Assembly: GCF_006345805.1 (NCBI RefSeq) | Contig: NC_042997.1 | Location: forward strand, 188,542,001-188,606,000 | DNA length: 64,000 bases | Reading direction: 5' to 3' | From: Octopus sinensis | Lineage: Eukaryota | In this document: in pieces, positions 51,664 to 64,000 of the stretch | Numbering within the stretch: position 1 is the first letter of the stretch | Layout of the letters: the number at the start of each line of letters is the position of its first letter | Notes under the pieces: model-generated | The model's database searches: none | Told to the model about the DNA's origin: nothing | The model's input: only the letters and a program-made list of their open reading frames with translations | Position numbers and translations under genes: made by a program

Positions 51664-52072
51664 CCTTTTACTTGTTTCAGTCATTTGACTGTGGCCATGC
51701 TGGAGTACCGCCTTTAGTCGAGCAAATCGATCCCAGGACTTATTCCTTGTAAGCCTAGTACTTATTCTATCGTTCTCTTTTGCTGAACCGCTAAGTTACG
51801 GGGGATGTAAACACACCAACATTGGTTGTCAAGCAATGTTGGGGGGACAAACACAGACACACAAATGTATACACACACATACACATATATATATATATAT
51901 ACATATATATGACGGGCTTCTTTCAGTTTCCATCTACCAAATCCACTCACAAGGTTTTGGTCAGCCCGAGGCTATAGTAGATGACACTTGCCCAAGGTGC
52001 CGCACAGTGGGACTGAACCCGGAACCATGTGGTTGGTAAGCAAGCTGCTTACCACACAGCCACTCCTACGCC
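51664..52072 (-). mobile_element. Full-length CORE-type SINE nested in an older RTE-like tail
   Basis: Minus strand starts aggcgtaggagtggctgtgtggtaagc and ends tgactgaaacaagtaaaa. Confidence 0.9.
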
Positions 52073-52686
52073 TATAAATCTTAGTTTATAAATCTTAGGT
52101 AATATTTCACCATGAAAGACTGGAAACATACAAATCACTTGTATGTTAGTGATGCTCATTTACAATCATCACATGATGTCAAGATAATATACACAGAAAC
52201 ACACACAATGGGCCTCCTGAGCCCCTAAATCTATCCACAAAGCTCCAGTCAACCTGGGGCCCCTGGCAGAAGACATCTGCCAAAGATACTGCACAGTAGG
52301 GACTAAACCCAACACTACATGGTTTGAAAGCAAGATTCTCAACTGGACTTCCATTCCAACTATTGTATAAATAGTAAAGAGGACAGGAGTAAAATGGAAA
52401 TTTAATTATTATTAGCAACACACAGCACTGATTCAAATATGAATAAAGCTTTCAAACCAGCTCGATAACTATTATAGTCAAAACTTCATCACTAATATGC
52501 AATTACCACATTAACCACTAAGTTATTAATAGTAACAGTTAATTTACATATCTTATAAAGCTTATAATTTGATATTATTTCACTAGCCTTCTTAAAGCAG
52601 TGTAACCACTTCTCTTATTTACTCTCTTTTGACAGAAATTTTTTTTTTAAGGTTTAAAAACTTCAACTTATCCATAGTACTAACTT

Positions 52687-52912
52687 TTAACCTTTTAGCA
52701 TCCAGATTGCTCTATCAATGTAATGCTTATTTATTCACACTGTTTTGAATGAATCATACATTATCTCATAGCTTCAAGATCTTGATGATGTGATTGATTA
52801 TTTTTTAAATTACGTTGTAGGATAGATGTAAAAGACTAGATCTGGTCAGTCTGAACATAAAATGGTAGAATATTTTAACTGGGCATGGCTAGTTTAAATG
52901 TTAAAGGGGTAG
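52687..52912. mobile_element. TTAA MITE, same family as 3008, opposite orientation
   Basis: Termini TTAA-ccttttagcatccagatt ... tttaaatgttaaagggg. Confidence 0.75.
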
Positions 52913-52999
52913 CAGACAAGAACTTGAGACATTCTTATTTCTTCAATAGGTATTTTATTTGCCTAAGTGAAAATAACTGCTAATATTTGAGTACTGATA

Positions 53000-53345
53000 A
53001 AGTGGCAAGCTGACAGAATTATTACAACACTGGGCAAAATGTTTTGTGGCATTTTGTCTGTTTATGTTCTGAGTTCAAATTCCACTAGGACCAACTTTGC
53101 CTTTCAGCCTTTAGGGGTAAAAAAATAAGTACCAGTCGAGCACTGGTGTCAATGTAATTGATTTACCACCTCAACAAAACTTTCTGGTCTTGTGCTAAAA
53201 TTTGAAATCAATATGTTAGTGCTGATATTCCATCCTTTTGGGGTCACGCTGTGGGGTGGGGATCAATGTAATTGACTTACTCCCTTCTGTAGAATTGCTG
53301 ACCTTGTGCCAAAATTTGAAATCAATATTTTAGTGCTGATAATCC
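53000..53345 (+). mobile_element. Meta-domain-like SINE with a duplicated 3' half
   Basis: Two 3' ends, each followed by aaaatttgaaatcaatat(g/t)ttagtgctgata. Confidence 0.75.
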
Positions 53346-54263
53346 ACAAACAGGGCATCAATATCAATCCCAACCAATTCCAGAATCTAATCCTCTTTCC
53401 ATCTACATAGCTTAAAACTGAAGTTACTTTCCCATGAATGCAATCTTGTATGTTATGCAGCACTCTGTAGTAGAAGCTGGCTAATGAATTTCTAAGTAGT
53501 TTTCCAACTTATTTAACAGTTGAACACGAATCTCAGATGAAACAATTAGCCACACTTTGTCAATATGTGCAGCAGTCACCTTTCTTATTTTTTTATCAAG
53601 CTCTATTATTTTTCCGACAATTAAGTACAACTTTGCTTATACTCCAACAACCATGAAAAACAGCATTAGCATTAAAGTTTGCCACTATCCAATAAAATCA
53701 AATCTAAGGGGGTTTTAAGGCTAGCCATGATGTCAAAAAAATAAAAAAGGAATAATACAAAATCCTCTCCTTTTTATAATACATATTCATGTTAACATGA
53801 AGTATACTATAGGATATAATTTCTACATAGGTGTTACAACATTAGCTTAATATTTAACTAAAGGAAAAAGAAAACCAATGTAAAAATATATATCAACCGC
53901 TGCTTTTGTAAATACATAAGTGAGGCTTCGTATCGGGTTAAAGAGGTATCCAGCTATGCAATTTTCTAAGAAAACATTATGCTGAGAGCATAGTAAATGA
54001 ATCATCCTAATTTTCATTGACTACTTAAAAACAGAGAGGACAGGTTTTCAGAAATAAATAAAAAGACAGCATTTCAACATTTCTATGTGTATTCATCATC
54101 ATTGTTATTTAATATCTCTTTTCCAGGCTGGCATGAGTTGGATGTTTGAGGAGCTGATGAGCTAGAGGACTGCACCAAACTCCAATGTCTGCTCTGGCAT
54201 GGTTTCTATAACTTGATGCCCTCCCTAATGCCAATCATTTCACAGAGTGTATTGGGTACCATA

Positions 54264-54299
<36 letters not shown>

Positions 54300-54356
54300 A
54301 TCAGCAGCATCGTCATTATTATTATTATTATTATTATCATCATCATCATTATTATT

Positions 54357-55101
54357 TTCATATACACTTAACAGATTACACTGTTGTAAAAGAAAAAACC
54401 CTATCATCGGGCTACAAGTAAACTTAGATGCAAAAAACCCTCCTACTGGGCTACAACGAGTAACCTTAGATGCCAAGAACCCTCCTAAGTATCCTAGCTG
54501 TCCCTAATATCACTGTTTTCTGGAGCTGTTCTAAACTGGGTTTTACACCTATTTCCTTTATCCATCTGTTCAGATCTTTAGGGATAGTTCTCAATGCACC
54601 CATAACTACTGGGATACATTTTACCCGCACTTTCCATAGTTTCTGTAATTTAATAGCTAGGTCCTGGTACTTTGTATTTTTTCTATACTACTCATATTAA
54701 GGTTTTCATCATTTGGGACTGTAAAGTCAATTATCAGGCACTTTCTGTTCTCTTTATCTACTACTATAAAATCAGGCCTTCTAGCTTCTATTACTCTGTC
54801 AGTCTGAATGTTAAAGACCCACAGCAACTTATATTTCTTACTTTCTAGTAATTTACTAGGTTCATGTTCATACCATTTATCAGTATGTTCAAATTCTAGC
54901 TCTCTGCATATCTCCCAGTGGATTACTCACCCTAGATTGTCATGTCTATATGAGTAATGCTTTCCATTTTTGATTTGCATAATCTACACTGGAAATCTAC
55001 TTGGTTTTTGTCTATCTTGGCTTTTATCCAATCAGTCATTAATGCTTGATCTTGTGCAGCTACTAACAAACTTGTGTCCCCTTTATGCGACCATAACCAA
55101 T
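54357..55101 (-). mobile_element. 5'-truncated R4/Dong-type non-LTR retrotransposon (zinc knuckle + restriction-like endonuclease), pseudogenised
   Basis: Minus strand: AAQDQAL, CRLCKSKMESITHI, RHDNLG*VIHWEICR, RRPDFIVVDKENRKCLIIDFTVP, KYQDLA, CIPVVMGALRTI, ARILRRVLGI* (stop at 54466-54468). (TAA)n-type tail. Confidence 0.88.
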
Positions 55102-55146
55102 AACAACTACTACTACTACTACTACCACCACCACCACTACCACCAT

Positions 55147-55178
<32 letters not shown>

Positions 55179-55879
55179 ACTACTACTACTACTACTATTT
55201 AGCATCCATTTTCCATGCTAACATGGGTTAGACAGTTTGACTGGAACTGATAAACCAGAGAGCTATACCAAGCTTCAGTCTGATTTTGGCTTGGTTTCTA
55301 CAGCTGGATACCCTTCCTAATGCCCCCCCCCACAGAATTAATGCTTTTATATGTCTCTCTAAAAGCAAATTATAATTGAAATTAACTACCATTTCATCTA
55401 CCTTATTGTTTTAATTGTCTTTTAATTATTGTCTTAATTTTCTTAGATCAGTTTTTAAGCAGTTCAACTTATGTAATTATCATTCATTGGATAGGCTGTA
55501 CCAATAATTTAAAGATCCAGTTTTATCACACACCATATTATATTGATTCTGCCTGAAGATTACATTAGATTACAGGTATCTGTGGAATACTCAAGCATTT
55601 ACATGCTAATTCATTGAGCACGTACTTAACATCACTTGATCAAACAATTCAATACTTATTGTCAAATCACCAAAACTGAGACACGCACAAATGTGCACAT
55701 GCATGCACACACGCACACACACACACACACGTCTGTGTATTAGAATTAGCTACTGTTCTTTCAGTGAATGCCTTTTTGGCAGAAAGCTTCATGTTTTGTA
55801 CTGCAAAGGCATTCACCAGAAGTCATGTGATACATGAGAGTATGATATTTCCTCCATGTGTATCACAAGCCTACTGGTG

Positions 55880-56075
55880 TCAACATGTGATGAGTATGAA
55901 GGAAGACAGCTATATAAAGAAGTACAGGGCATTCAAAATTTAAGGAGCCTGTGGAAGAGATAGACTCAAAGGCACATGAGGTAAAATGGTGAAAACTGAT
56001 CCGAAGATGTTGAGTTTTACAGAAGAGGTGACAAAGGACCAAGATGATTAGTGACACGTAGTGTTGGAGAAGCCC
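55880..56075 (+). mobile_element. Decayed RTE ORF2 C-terminal fragment
   Basis: HVMSMKEDSYIKKYR..GACGRDRLKGT..MVKTDPKMLSFTEEVTKDQD..HVVLEKP parallels the C-terminus at 61390-61570. Confidence 0.6.
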
Positions 56076-56466
56076 CATCTATGGTAAAACACGAACAGGA
56101 AATAATGATAGAACCTGGGCAGCATCTATATTTGGGTCTTTCACTCAACAGTCCCATTTAAGTCTACATCTGCTGTTTCTTCAGTCTCTCTGATGTCCTC
56201 TCATCCCCCCAATCACTCTCTCTATGTATCTATTTATCTCTCTCTCTCATACACACACACACTCAGTAGTGTAAGTCCCAACATTCAAATGGTGGGTAGG
56301 GCTGACTTGTGGTTTGTGTAGAGTGACTTGTAAGGAAGTCCCTTGCAGATATTAAGACCCATAGAGATGTCATCACCAATGAGGAGACCAAACTTGAGAT
56401 GTTTGTCAGAGTGAAATGGGTCTAGGAAGTGGTCTTACTCAGTTATGAGCTGAGTTGAACATTATT

Positions 56467-56481
56467 TATATATATATATAT

Positions 56482-56537
<56 letters not shown>
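56467..56537. repeat. Compound (TA)n(GA)n microsatellite
   Basis: Direct observation. Confidence 0.95.
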
Positions 56538-56540
<3 letters not shown>

Positions 56541-57324
56541 AGAAACCTTGATGTTTAAAACCTATAAATCAATGTTAGCTAAAATCTATACATATACACA
56601 GTAGTTGCATAATAGTACCGAAACAACAAAACACTAATGGTACACCAATAATTTAATTATCAGTTTATACTTAAGCTTTTAGTAACAACAGATTTATAAC
56701 CAATGTCTCTGTGGACAGTTAAAAAGGGTCCTCAATCACTGATTGTAATTCCAACACAAGACTGAAACTAGTATGGTTGATACCTCATTTTTTTTGTCCA
56801 CAAATAGAATATATGAAGACAAATATACACGTGTACATATACATATGTATTTATGTATGTATATAGTTATAGCTGTTATGATCAATCCGTGAAGTGGTGG
56901 CAATTTGTTCTATGTAGGCGTAAGGATATAAACAGATAAAAATCTCACAAATAAAATGAATAAGAGTATGAAGCAAAGAGGAGACAAACAAACAATACAT
57001 TGAATATATTGAATTACCAAAAAAACAGATCTTTTTTGCTAAAACTATAAATCTATGAAATGTTACAGTCTGCACGGTAGTTATCATTAACTCATATTCA
57101 TTCCTCTTAGGATTTCTGGGTCTTGATCTTTGAGTCAAACACACACACACACATGCACACACACACATGCACACACACAGGTCTGAAAAAGTGGCTGCAC
57201 AGGCCACTAGACTGACCTAAATAAACCACTATACTCAACACTTGTATTCAGTATTTCCTTTCTAAATCATTTAATAAAGATACATATACATACAGCTACA
57301 TAAGAATATAATTATGTACAAAAA

Positions 57325-57535
57325 GGCAATGAACTGGCAGAATGGTTAGCATACTGGGCGAAATGCTTAGTAGTGTTTTGTCCATCTTTATGTTCTGATT
57401 TCAAATTCTGCTGGGGTCAACTTTGCCATTCATCCTTCTGAGGTCAATAAAATAAGTACCAGTTGAACACTGGGATCAATTTAATCAACTTAGACCCACA
57501 CTGGACTTGCCAGCCTTAACACAAAATTTGTAACT
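57325..57535 (+). mobile_element. Meta-domain-like SINE
   Basis: aggcaatgaactggcagaatggttagc...ctttgccattcatccttctgaggtcaataaaataagtacc. Confidence 0.8.
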
Positions 57536-57930
57536 GATATAAATATGCACAAGCACAGATGCACACATAAAAGCACCCCATGGAACTGCAAACAAAACAA
57601 AAAAAGGGGGTGGGGTAAAAATGATTGACCATACTCCTAGGAAAATGGCACATAAGTAATTGAATGCTAGAATCTGAGACCCAATACTATGCCACTCCTC
57701 ACATCCTTGACTGCAGGCTTCATGGAGTCCTTGACATCATGTGATTGATAATCATCCTACTCACTACCCCCTGATGGTACTCCAGATGCAGCAGACCAGG
57801 GTGCTCAAACCGAGAGAATGTACAAGAGGAATCAGAAGTAGCATGAAAGACAGAAGACTGAACTGGTATGGGCATGTGATGCATATTGGATAACAAGAGC
57901 TGCATGAAAAGAGCTGAACACGAGAAGTGT

Positions 57931-58133
57931 TGCATGGGTTGGATGGAATATTGTTGAGGTAGATATTCTACAGCTAGATGACCTTCTTGTCACCGACTCT
58001 CAGTTGTTCCCAAAAAAGGTAATATTTCCCCATAAACAGACATGCTTTCGCAAAAGTATGGGATGGGAGAACACTCCTTGCATGAAGGTAACATTTGTTT
58101 ACAACTAGTATATGATGGCAAGACAAGGAGACA
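57931..58133 (-). repeat. Copy 1 of a local ~200-bp direct repeat (RTE-like tail family)
   Basis: Shares acagacatgctttcgcaaaagtatgggatgggagaacactccttgcatgaaggtaacatttgtttacaactag with 59684-59888. Confidence 0.85.
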
Positions 58134-58753
58134 AGACAAGGTGCCTGTAGAAGAGAAACTTCTGTGAAGACATATGATGAAGTAATGAAGACTCAATCGT
58201 AAGCTGCTAACAAGAGACTGACATGAGACTCAACAGCGGCAACATGCTGTGCTGAAGAAAACCCACATTCTTGTGCAAGAATGGCAGAAACAACATGGAA
58301 ACAAGTAGTGATGAGGGCTGGGTTACTCTCATTGCATTCATCTTCTGTCCCCCCTAGAGAGAACACTAAAATGGTTAGCAACAGTGGCTGAGAACATCTC
58401 ACTGTTTTCATCCTCACTCCCTCCTCCCCCACTGCTTCTATAGTACTCGCTTGTCTCTCTTTCTCTCACAGCTTCCCCTACATGCATCCCTGCATACCCA
58501 CCCTGCTTCTCCTTCTTTCACTGACATTTACTTTCCCTCCCCTTAGCTGCTCTGCAGGCCTCAAAACCTTCTCATTTCCTTCTCTTTGGCTCAGGATACC
58601 CCACTTCTCTTTCTTTCACTGCCCCTCTCCTCACAGCTTCTCCAGTTACTTGTCACCCTATCTCTTTTTGAAGCACTCTACCCATCCATATTCACCCATC
58701 TAATATGGGATAGCACTGGATCTTCTTACTCTACCCACTCCATCATCTGTATC

Positions 58754-58799
<46 letters not shown>

Positions 58800-59683
58800 T
58801 TTCTTTCTAACTCCCTACACCATATTTTACTCCACTCAACTTTTCCTGTCCTTTCCATGACTCATCTTGAGCATTGTTACAACCCACTACAACCCCTTAC
58901 AACAATGAATCTATTCCTCCTTTCATACTAACCATCATCTTCCCCATTCTTATTTACCATTGATCAACTGCCCTACCACCAACCTTGCTCCCATTTACAA
59001 CATCCACTTCCTATATACACCTGACCCCCCCATCAATCCTATGTTTATATCCATTTCTCACTCTCCTTGACACTTCTACAACCTTACCAATTTCAGGAGT
59101 TCATTCTCCTGTCTCTATCCTCTCTTCTAATTATATTTTTGGACATGTTACTTTGAGGGTACTTTCCAGCAACTTGTCACCAACATATTTAACTCCCTTT
59201 CAGGTACCACATCAGCCACACACAACAACCCATGTAAAATGCATGGCAACCATGAATCACCCCAACAACAAACATGTTCCTGCTCTGTCCATCACATTTT
59301 AACCTCTTAACACCTCACATAAACCAAGCACTGTATCTATCATTCTCCCTTTACAGTCTTGTGAGTTACAAGGCAACTTCGCTAGAGCTAGGACCACAAG
59401 AAGAGCACCCAGTATACTCTGTAAAGTGGTTGGTTTTAGGAAGGACATTCAACTGTAGAAACCATCCTAAAAACTGAGACACTGAAAGCAAAACATGGTC
59501 CTCTAGCATGCTGGACCCAGTCAAACCATCCAAAATATACTAGTATGGAAAGCTGATATAAAAGTGGTGATGATGATGATACAGAATGTTTGTGTGTGTG
59601 TGTGTGTGTGTGTGCGCATGCACGCACACACATAGGCGTGTGCATCATCAGCATCAGCATTTTTACATCTACTTTTCTATGCT

Positions 59684-59888
59684 TGTATGGGTTGGATGGA
59701 ATATTGTTGAGGTAGACTTTCTACAGCTAGATGCCCTTCTTGTCACCGATTCTCAGTTGTTCCCCAAAACAGGTAAGATTTCCCCTATAAACAGACATGC
59801 TTTCGCAAAAGTATGGGATGGGAGAACACTCCTTGCATGAAGGTAACATTTGTTTACAACTAGCATATGATGACAAGGCAAGGAGACA
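59684..59888 (-). repeat. Copy 2 of the local ~200-bp direct repeat
   Basis: Matches 57931-58133. Confidence 0.85.
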
Positions 59889-60499
59889 GTAACACACACA
59901 CACAGAGGCGTCTTTTAGTTTCTATCAACCAGATCCACTCATAAGGCTTTGATCAGTCTGGGACCATAGTAAATCACCTGTCGAAGGTGCCACACAATTT
60001 TTGGGATTCAACCCAAAACCATGTGGCTAGGAAGCAAACTTTCTAACCACACAGCCATGTCTGTGCCCCCCCCCCCTCTCTCTCTCTCTCTCTCCTAGCT
60101 TTAGTTATTCTCCTTAATTCTTCATGTAATTTCCAAATTGAATCTCTCTAAAACCTTAGTTTTCTTTTCCTCCTGTGTTTTCATGTTGCCTAAATATTTT
60201 TCATACTACCTCTCAAATAATCCTTGCTTGTTTGCGATGCACCCGCCCATTCCCACCCCGACCACCAATACTGGTTATCTTGCTTCTCTCACCGGAAACC
60301 CCCTACCTCACTAGTGGTCTCCTCTATCAGACCTGCAATCTCGCCTCCCTCCTCTACCTCTCTCCCAGGACTAACACAATCAGTTTAGCAGCCTCCCTAC
60401 TTAATCTAGTACTGGAATATTGATATTCATATTTACTTCTATTTATTTCTGTTTATATCTGCAGCACTAGTAATGCTTATATTTACAATGCTCATAATG

Positions 60500-62052
60500 C
60501 TTACAATGTCGCTAACACTTACTCCTACCCCCAGTAGGGGCAACAATCTTAACATCCTTGAATGATGACAGGTCAAAAGTGAGAACAGGTGTAGCATGTC
60601 TATCAAACGAACACAGAAACTTTCTTTTCAGGTGCTGAACAAATCCCCTTCCCAGGTTTCCTCCCAAATTCCTTTCCCAGTTTTTAGAGTTGGCACTGTC
60701 AATGTAGGTACACTGAAAGGTAGGTCTAGTGAGATTGTAGAGATGCTTCAACAGAGATGTGTTGATGTATGCTGCATACAAGAGGTAAGGGTCCTCACAG
60801 GCAAGGCACATAAGTATAAAATCTTCTGGGAAGGTAACAATGACAGAGTAGGGGGGTGTAGGCATACTCCTTGCATAGAAATGGGTGGATAAGATCATAG
60901 AGGTAGTTAAGGTGTGCGATAGAGTGCTTACGCTTAGGCTAGACTTGCAGAATAGTATAGCTACAATTATCTCTGCCTACGCCCCACAAGCGGGCCTACC
61001 AAATGATCAGAAGGACCACTTTTATGATATCCTTCTACAGGCTACTTCAAAGACTAGTGACTGTCAGTAAGGTAAAGGTTGGCAACGAGTATAGTGAAGA
61101 ATTCCAACTTGAAGTGGGGGTTCACCAAGGATCAGTCCTCAGCCCCCTGTTATTCATCGTAGTCCTCTAGGCAATAACAGACTGTATGATGCATGTATGA
61201 ACAGCCATGCTACATGGCAGTGAAACATGGGCCATGACTGTTGAAGACATACATAGGCTGGAAAGAAATGAAGCTAGTATGATCCGCTGGATGTGTAATG
61301 TCAGTGTGCACTCATGACAGTGTGTAAGCGCCCTGACATAAGAAGCATCAGATGTGGTGTACAAGAGAGACAACTGTGCTGGTATGGTCGTGCTGCATAT
61401 TGATAAAGAAAGCTGTGTGAAGAAGTGTCACAGCCTAACAGTGGAAGGAACCAGTGGAAGAGGGAGACCCAGGAAGACAAGGGATGAGGTGGTGAAGCAC
61501 AACCTTCGAACGTTGGGCCTCACAGACAAGAGACTGAGACCTTTGGAGATATGCTGTGATTGAGAAGACCTGGCAAGCAAAGTTAGATCACAGCCATAGG
61601 CTATACCAGTGTCACATAACCAATCCATTTAAAACTACCCTTGAATATCGAGCGATATGCTGCGCTTGAGAAGACCTACTCAGTCAAGTAAAATCAAAAA
61701 TCAAAAACAAAAGCAAATCAAGATTGAAATCAAAATGGAAATTGCAGTTGTGGCTGATGCCAGTGCTGCCTGACTGGCTCCCTGTGCCAGTGGCATGTAA
61801 AAAGCACCATCCGAATGTGGTCGATGCCAGTGTCGCCAGACTGGTTCCCACCCCAGCGGCATGTAAAAAGCATCCACTACACTCTCATAATGGTTGTTAT
61901 TAGGAAGGGCATCCAGCTATAGCAACCTTGCCAGATCAGATTGGAGCCTAGCGCAGCCTACGGGCTTGCCAGTTACCAGTCAAATCGTCCAACCCATGCC
62001 AACATGGAAAACGGATGATGATGATGATGATGATGATGATGACGACGACGAT
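60500..62052 (+). mobile_element. RTE LINE derivative keeping both ends but with large internal deletions
   Basis: APE domain FRVGTVNVGTL, DVCCIQEVR, IISAYAPQ; RT scrap GVHQGSVLSPLLF; C-terminus GSETWA, WYG, GRGRPRKT; 3' UTR ending (GAT)n. Confidence 0.9.
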
Positions 62053-62069
62053 GTATAGAGTTATGATGA

Positions 62070-62330
62070 CAAGCATTCTAGTTGATTTGATCAACCGAAT
62101 AGCTTGCCTATGAAATTAATATGCAATTAGTGAAGTACTTAATATAGTTCTCAGGGAGATTCAGCATGACACAGAGTTTTGAATTACAGGTATCACTCAC
62201 TTTTGCAAGAAGAGTGGACTGAAGCAACAAGAATAAAGTGTCTTGCTCAAGGACACAACATGCTGCCAGGCCTTATGAACTTTTAATCTTATGATCATGG
62301 GCTGAATACCCCACCCACTAACCCATGCAA
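62070..62330 (-). mobile_element. tRNA-derived SINE (head B + tail Y), decayed
   Basis: Reverse complement has tgtccttgagcaagacacttta and tgtgtcatgctgaatctccctgagaacta. Confidence 0.7.
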
Positions 62331-62744
62331 CATGACATGCATGTACACACACACCACCACCACCAAATACATTATGGAAGGGTGGTTTTAGCTATTTAAA
62401 AACACACAAAAAATGGTACATTGATTTTTTTTATTTATTGTAGTTGTTGTACAACTACAATCAAATCACTTGGAAGAGTTTCACTGCATCTCAGTAGAAT
62501 GGTGTCAACAACCGAGCCACAGTTGCACGACTATAAGTTTGACACCTCAAAAAAATAAATGAAAAGTTAATTTAAACAGTTTTTGTGAGCTTCAGCGAAA
62601 ATGATTCTTTCAAAATATAATTACTTCAGCTTTGAAAAGGATTCATATCAAGTATGGCTCCAAAACATGTATAATATCATTATCAAATTGTGTGTGCATG
62701 TGTGTGTGTGAGGGAGAGAGTTTTGTTTGTTTACGTGTGTGTGA

Positions 62745-63030
62745 AGGCACACAGTCTAGTGGCTAGGCATGTTGCATTCACACTCTCATGATCATGGTTT
62801 CAATTCAGAGACTAGCTGTGTGTTGTGTTCTTGAGCAAGACACTTCACTTCACATCGCTCCAGTTCACTCAACTGTACATGGGTAAACCTACGACAGACA
62901 AGCATTCCATTCAGAGGGAATGTTGGCCTTCTCGCCTAACCAGTGGGGTGGCATCATTCGAAAGCTAAAACGATGAAAAGTGCATTGTGACCAGTGATGT
63001 ATAACAACATCTGATAGTCTGGTCAATCAC
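62745..63030 (+). mobile_element. tRNA-derived SINE (head B + tail Z)
   Basis: ttcttgagcaagacacttcacttcacatcgctccagttcactca, then ggggtggcatcattcgaaagctaaaac...gcattgtgacc. Confidence 0.7.
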
Positions 63031-64000
63031 ATGAGAGATATATATATACATATTCAGACATAATCATACATATATGTATACATATTACATTGCACACATG
63101 AATATATATATACACATATATATATATGCACGCATGTGCACGCGCACACATACACACATACACACATACATACATACATACATACATACATACATACTAC
63201 ATACATACATACACACACACATGACAGAGCAATGCCATTACTTGTTTTTCTAATACGCGCAACACAAATGTGGCTATGATGGGCACCTCCGGCAGCAGAT
63301 GTTCAGAGAGCCTACCACTCATACATACAAACATCTTTAATCCATCAGTTTCTTTTGCCAAATGTTAATTGTGTGTGTGTGTGTGTGTGTGTGCGTGCGC
63401 GCGCGCGAGTGTAGACACACACACACTACAATACTAAAATAAAGATTGAGGGACCCACAATTCAGTAAAGGACTTGATACCTTCTATATATATAGAGCCT
63501 ATATTTAATTTCTTAAGCAATATATCAGTAGATAGTATACTCTGTGTGTTTGAGTACATATATAAATTTGCAACTCTCTTTATCTTTCTCTCTGTGTGTA
63601 CACACATACATATACATATACACATATGCCCGCATACACACACACACACACAAACATATAGACAGGCAGACATATACACGCATACATATATACATGTTCA
63701 CACATATGTGTATGAGTGAGAATATGCATATTTGTAGGTGCACAAATACAAATCTATTTTGAATTTTTCTAAATCACAGTTGCTTTTACCTTTTCATATT
63801 TTTAACTAATACAGAATACAATGCAAAAAAAAAAAAAAAAACTACTCATATAGTTTTAGCAGAAGGTAGATATGTGTATATGCAAATATGTGTGTGTGTG
63901 CACGTGTGCAAATGTAGATAACTGCTTGTTCTTTTCTTTTTGTTTTTAATTAAAAAAATATTTTAAAATCAGTGCAGGTAATATGAAAATCAAATATTTT

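Noticed and set aside
58252-58291. Second hammerhead ribozyme
   Set aside because: Core motifs and a stem II hairpin are present, but no valid stem I or NUH cleavage site can be drawn.
31011-64000. Preceding ZMIZ1 exons (expected MDRHIQQTNDRL... and WCxDPRAF...GCLT)
   Set aside because: Not found by eye. Probably beyond the window.

Overview
AT-rich, repeat-dense eukaryotic DNA. The SINE, RTE and MITE families present point to an octopus (coleoid cephalopod) genome, though the species cannot be fixed from sequence alone. I found one protein-coding exon: 106 nt on the minus strand (30905-31010) with canonical splice sites. It encodes [35 protein letters not shown], which I recognise as the N-terminal (Zmiz1_N/TPR-like) domain of ZMIZ1. 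The neighbouring ZMIZ1 exons were not found by eye, so the rest is most likely two very large introns. These are filled with tRNA-derived SINEs (CORE-, Meta- and V-domain-like), RTE LINE pieces, CR1/L2 and R4/Dong-type fragments, Tc1/mariner and TTAA (piggyBac-like) MITEs, an LTR-like element and microsatellites. Most ORFs in the supplied track are microsatellite or TE artefacts. I found no evidence of a new multi-gene system. The most notable observations are a near-perfect 120-bp foldback made of two RTE 3' ends, a twin-priming-type inverted SINE, a TIR element carrying a telomere-like G4 array (one copy flanked by a ~55-bp duplication), SINEs that swap heads and tails, a CpG-retaining promoter-like block, and a testable K-to-R editing site. 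Repeat family names come from recalled consensus motifs, not database searches. Repeat boundaries are approximate unless TSDs or TIRs are quoted.
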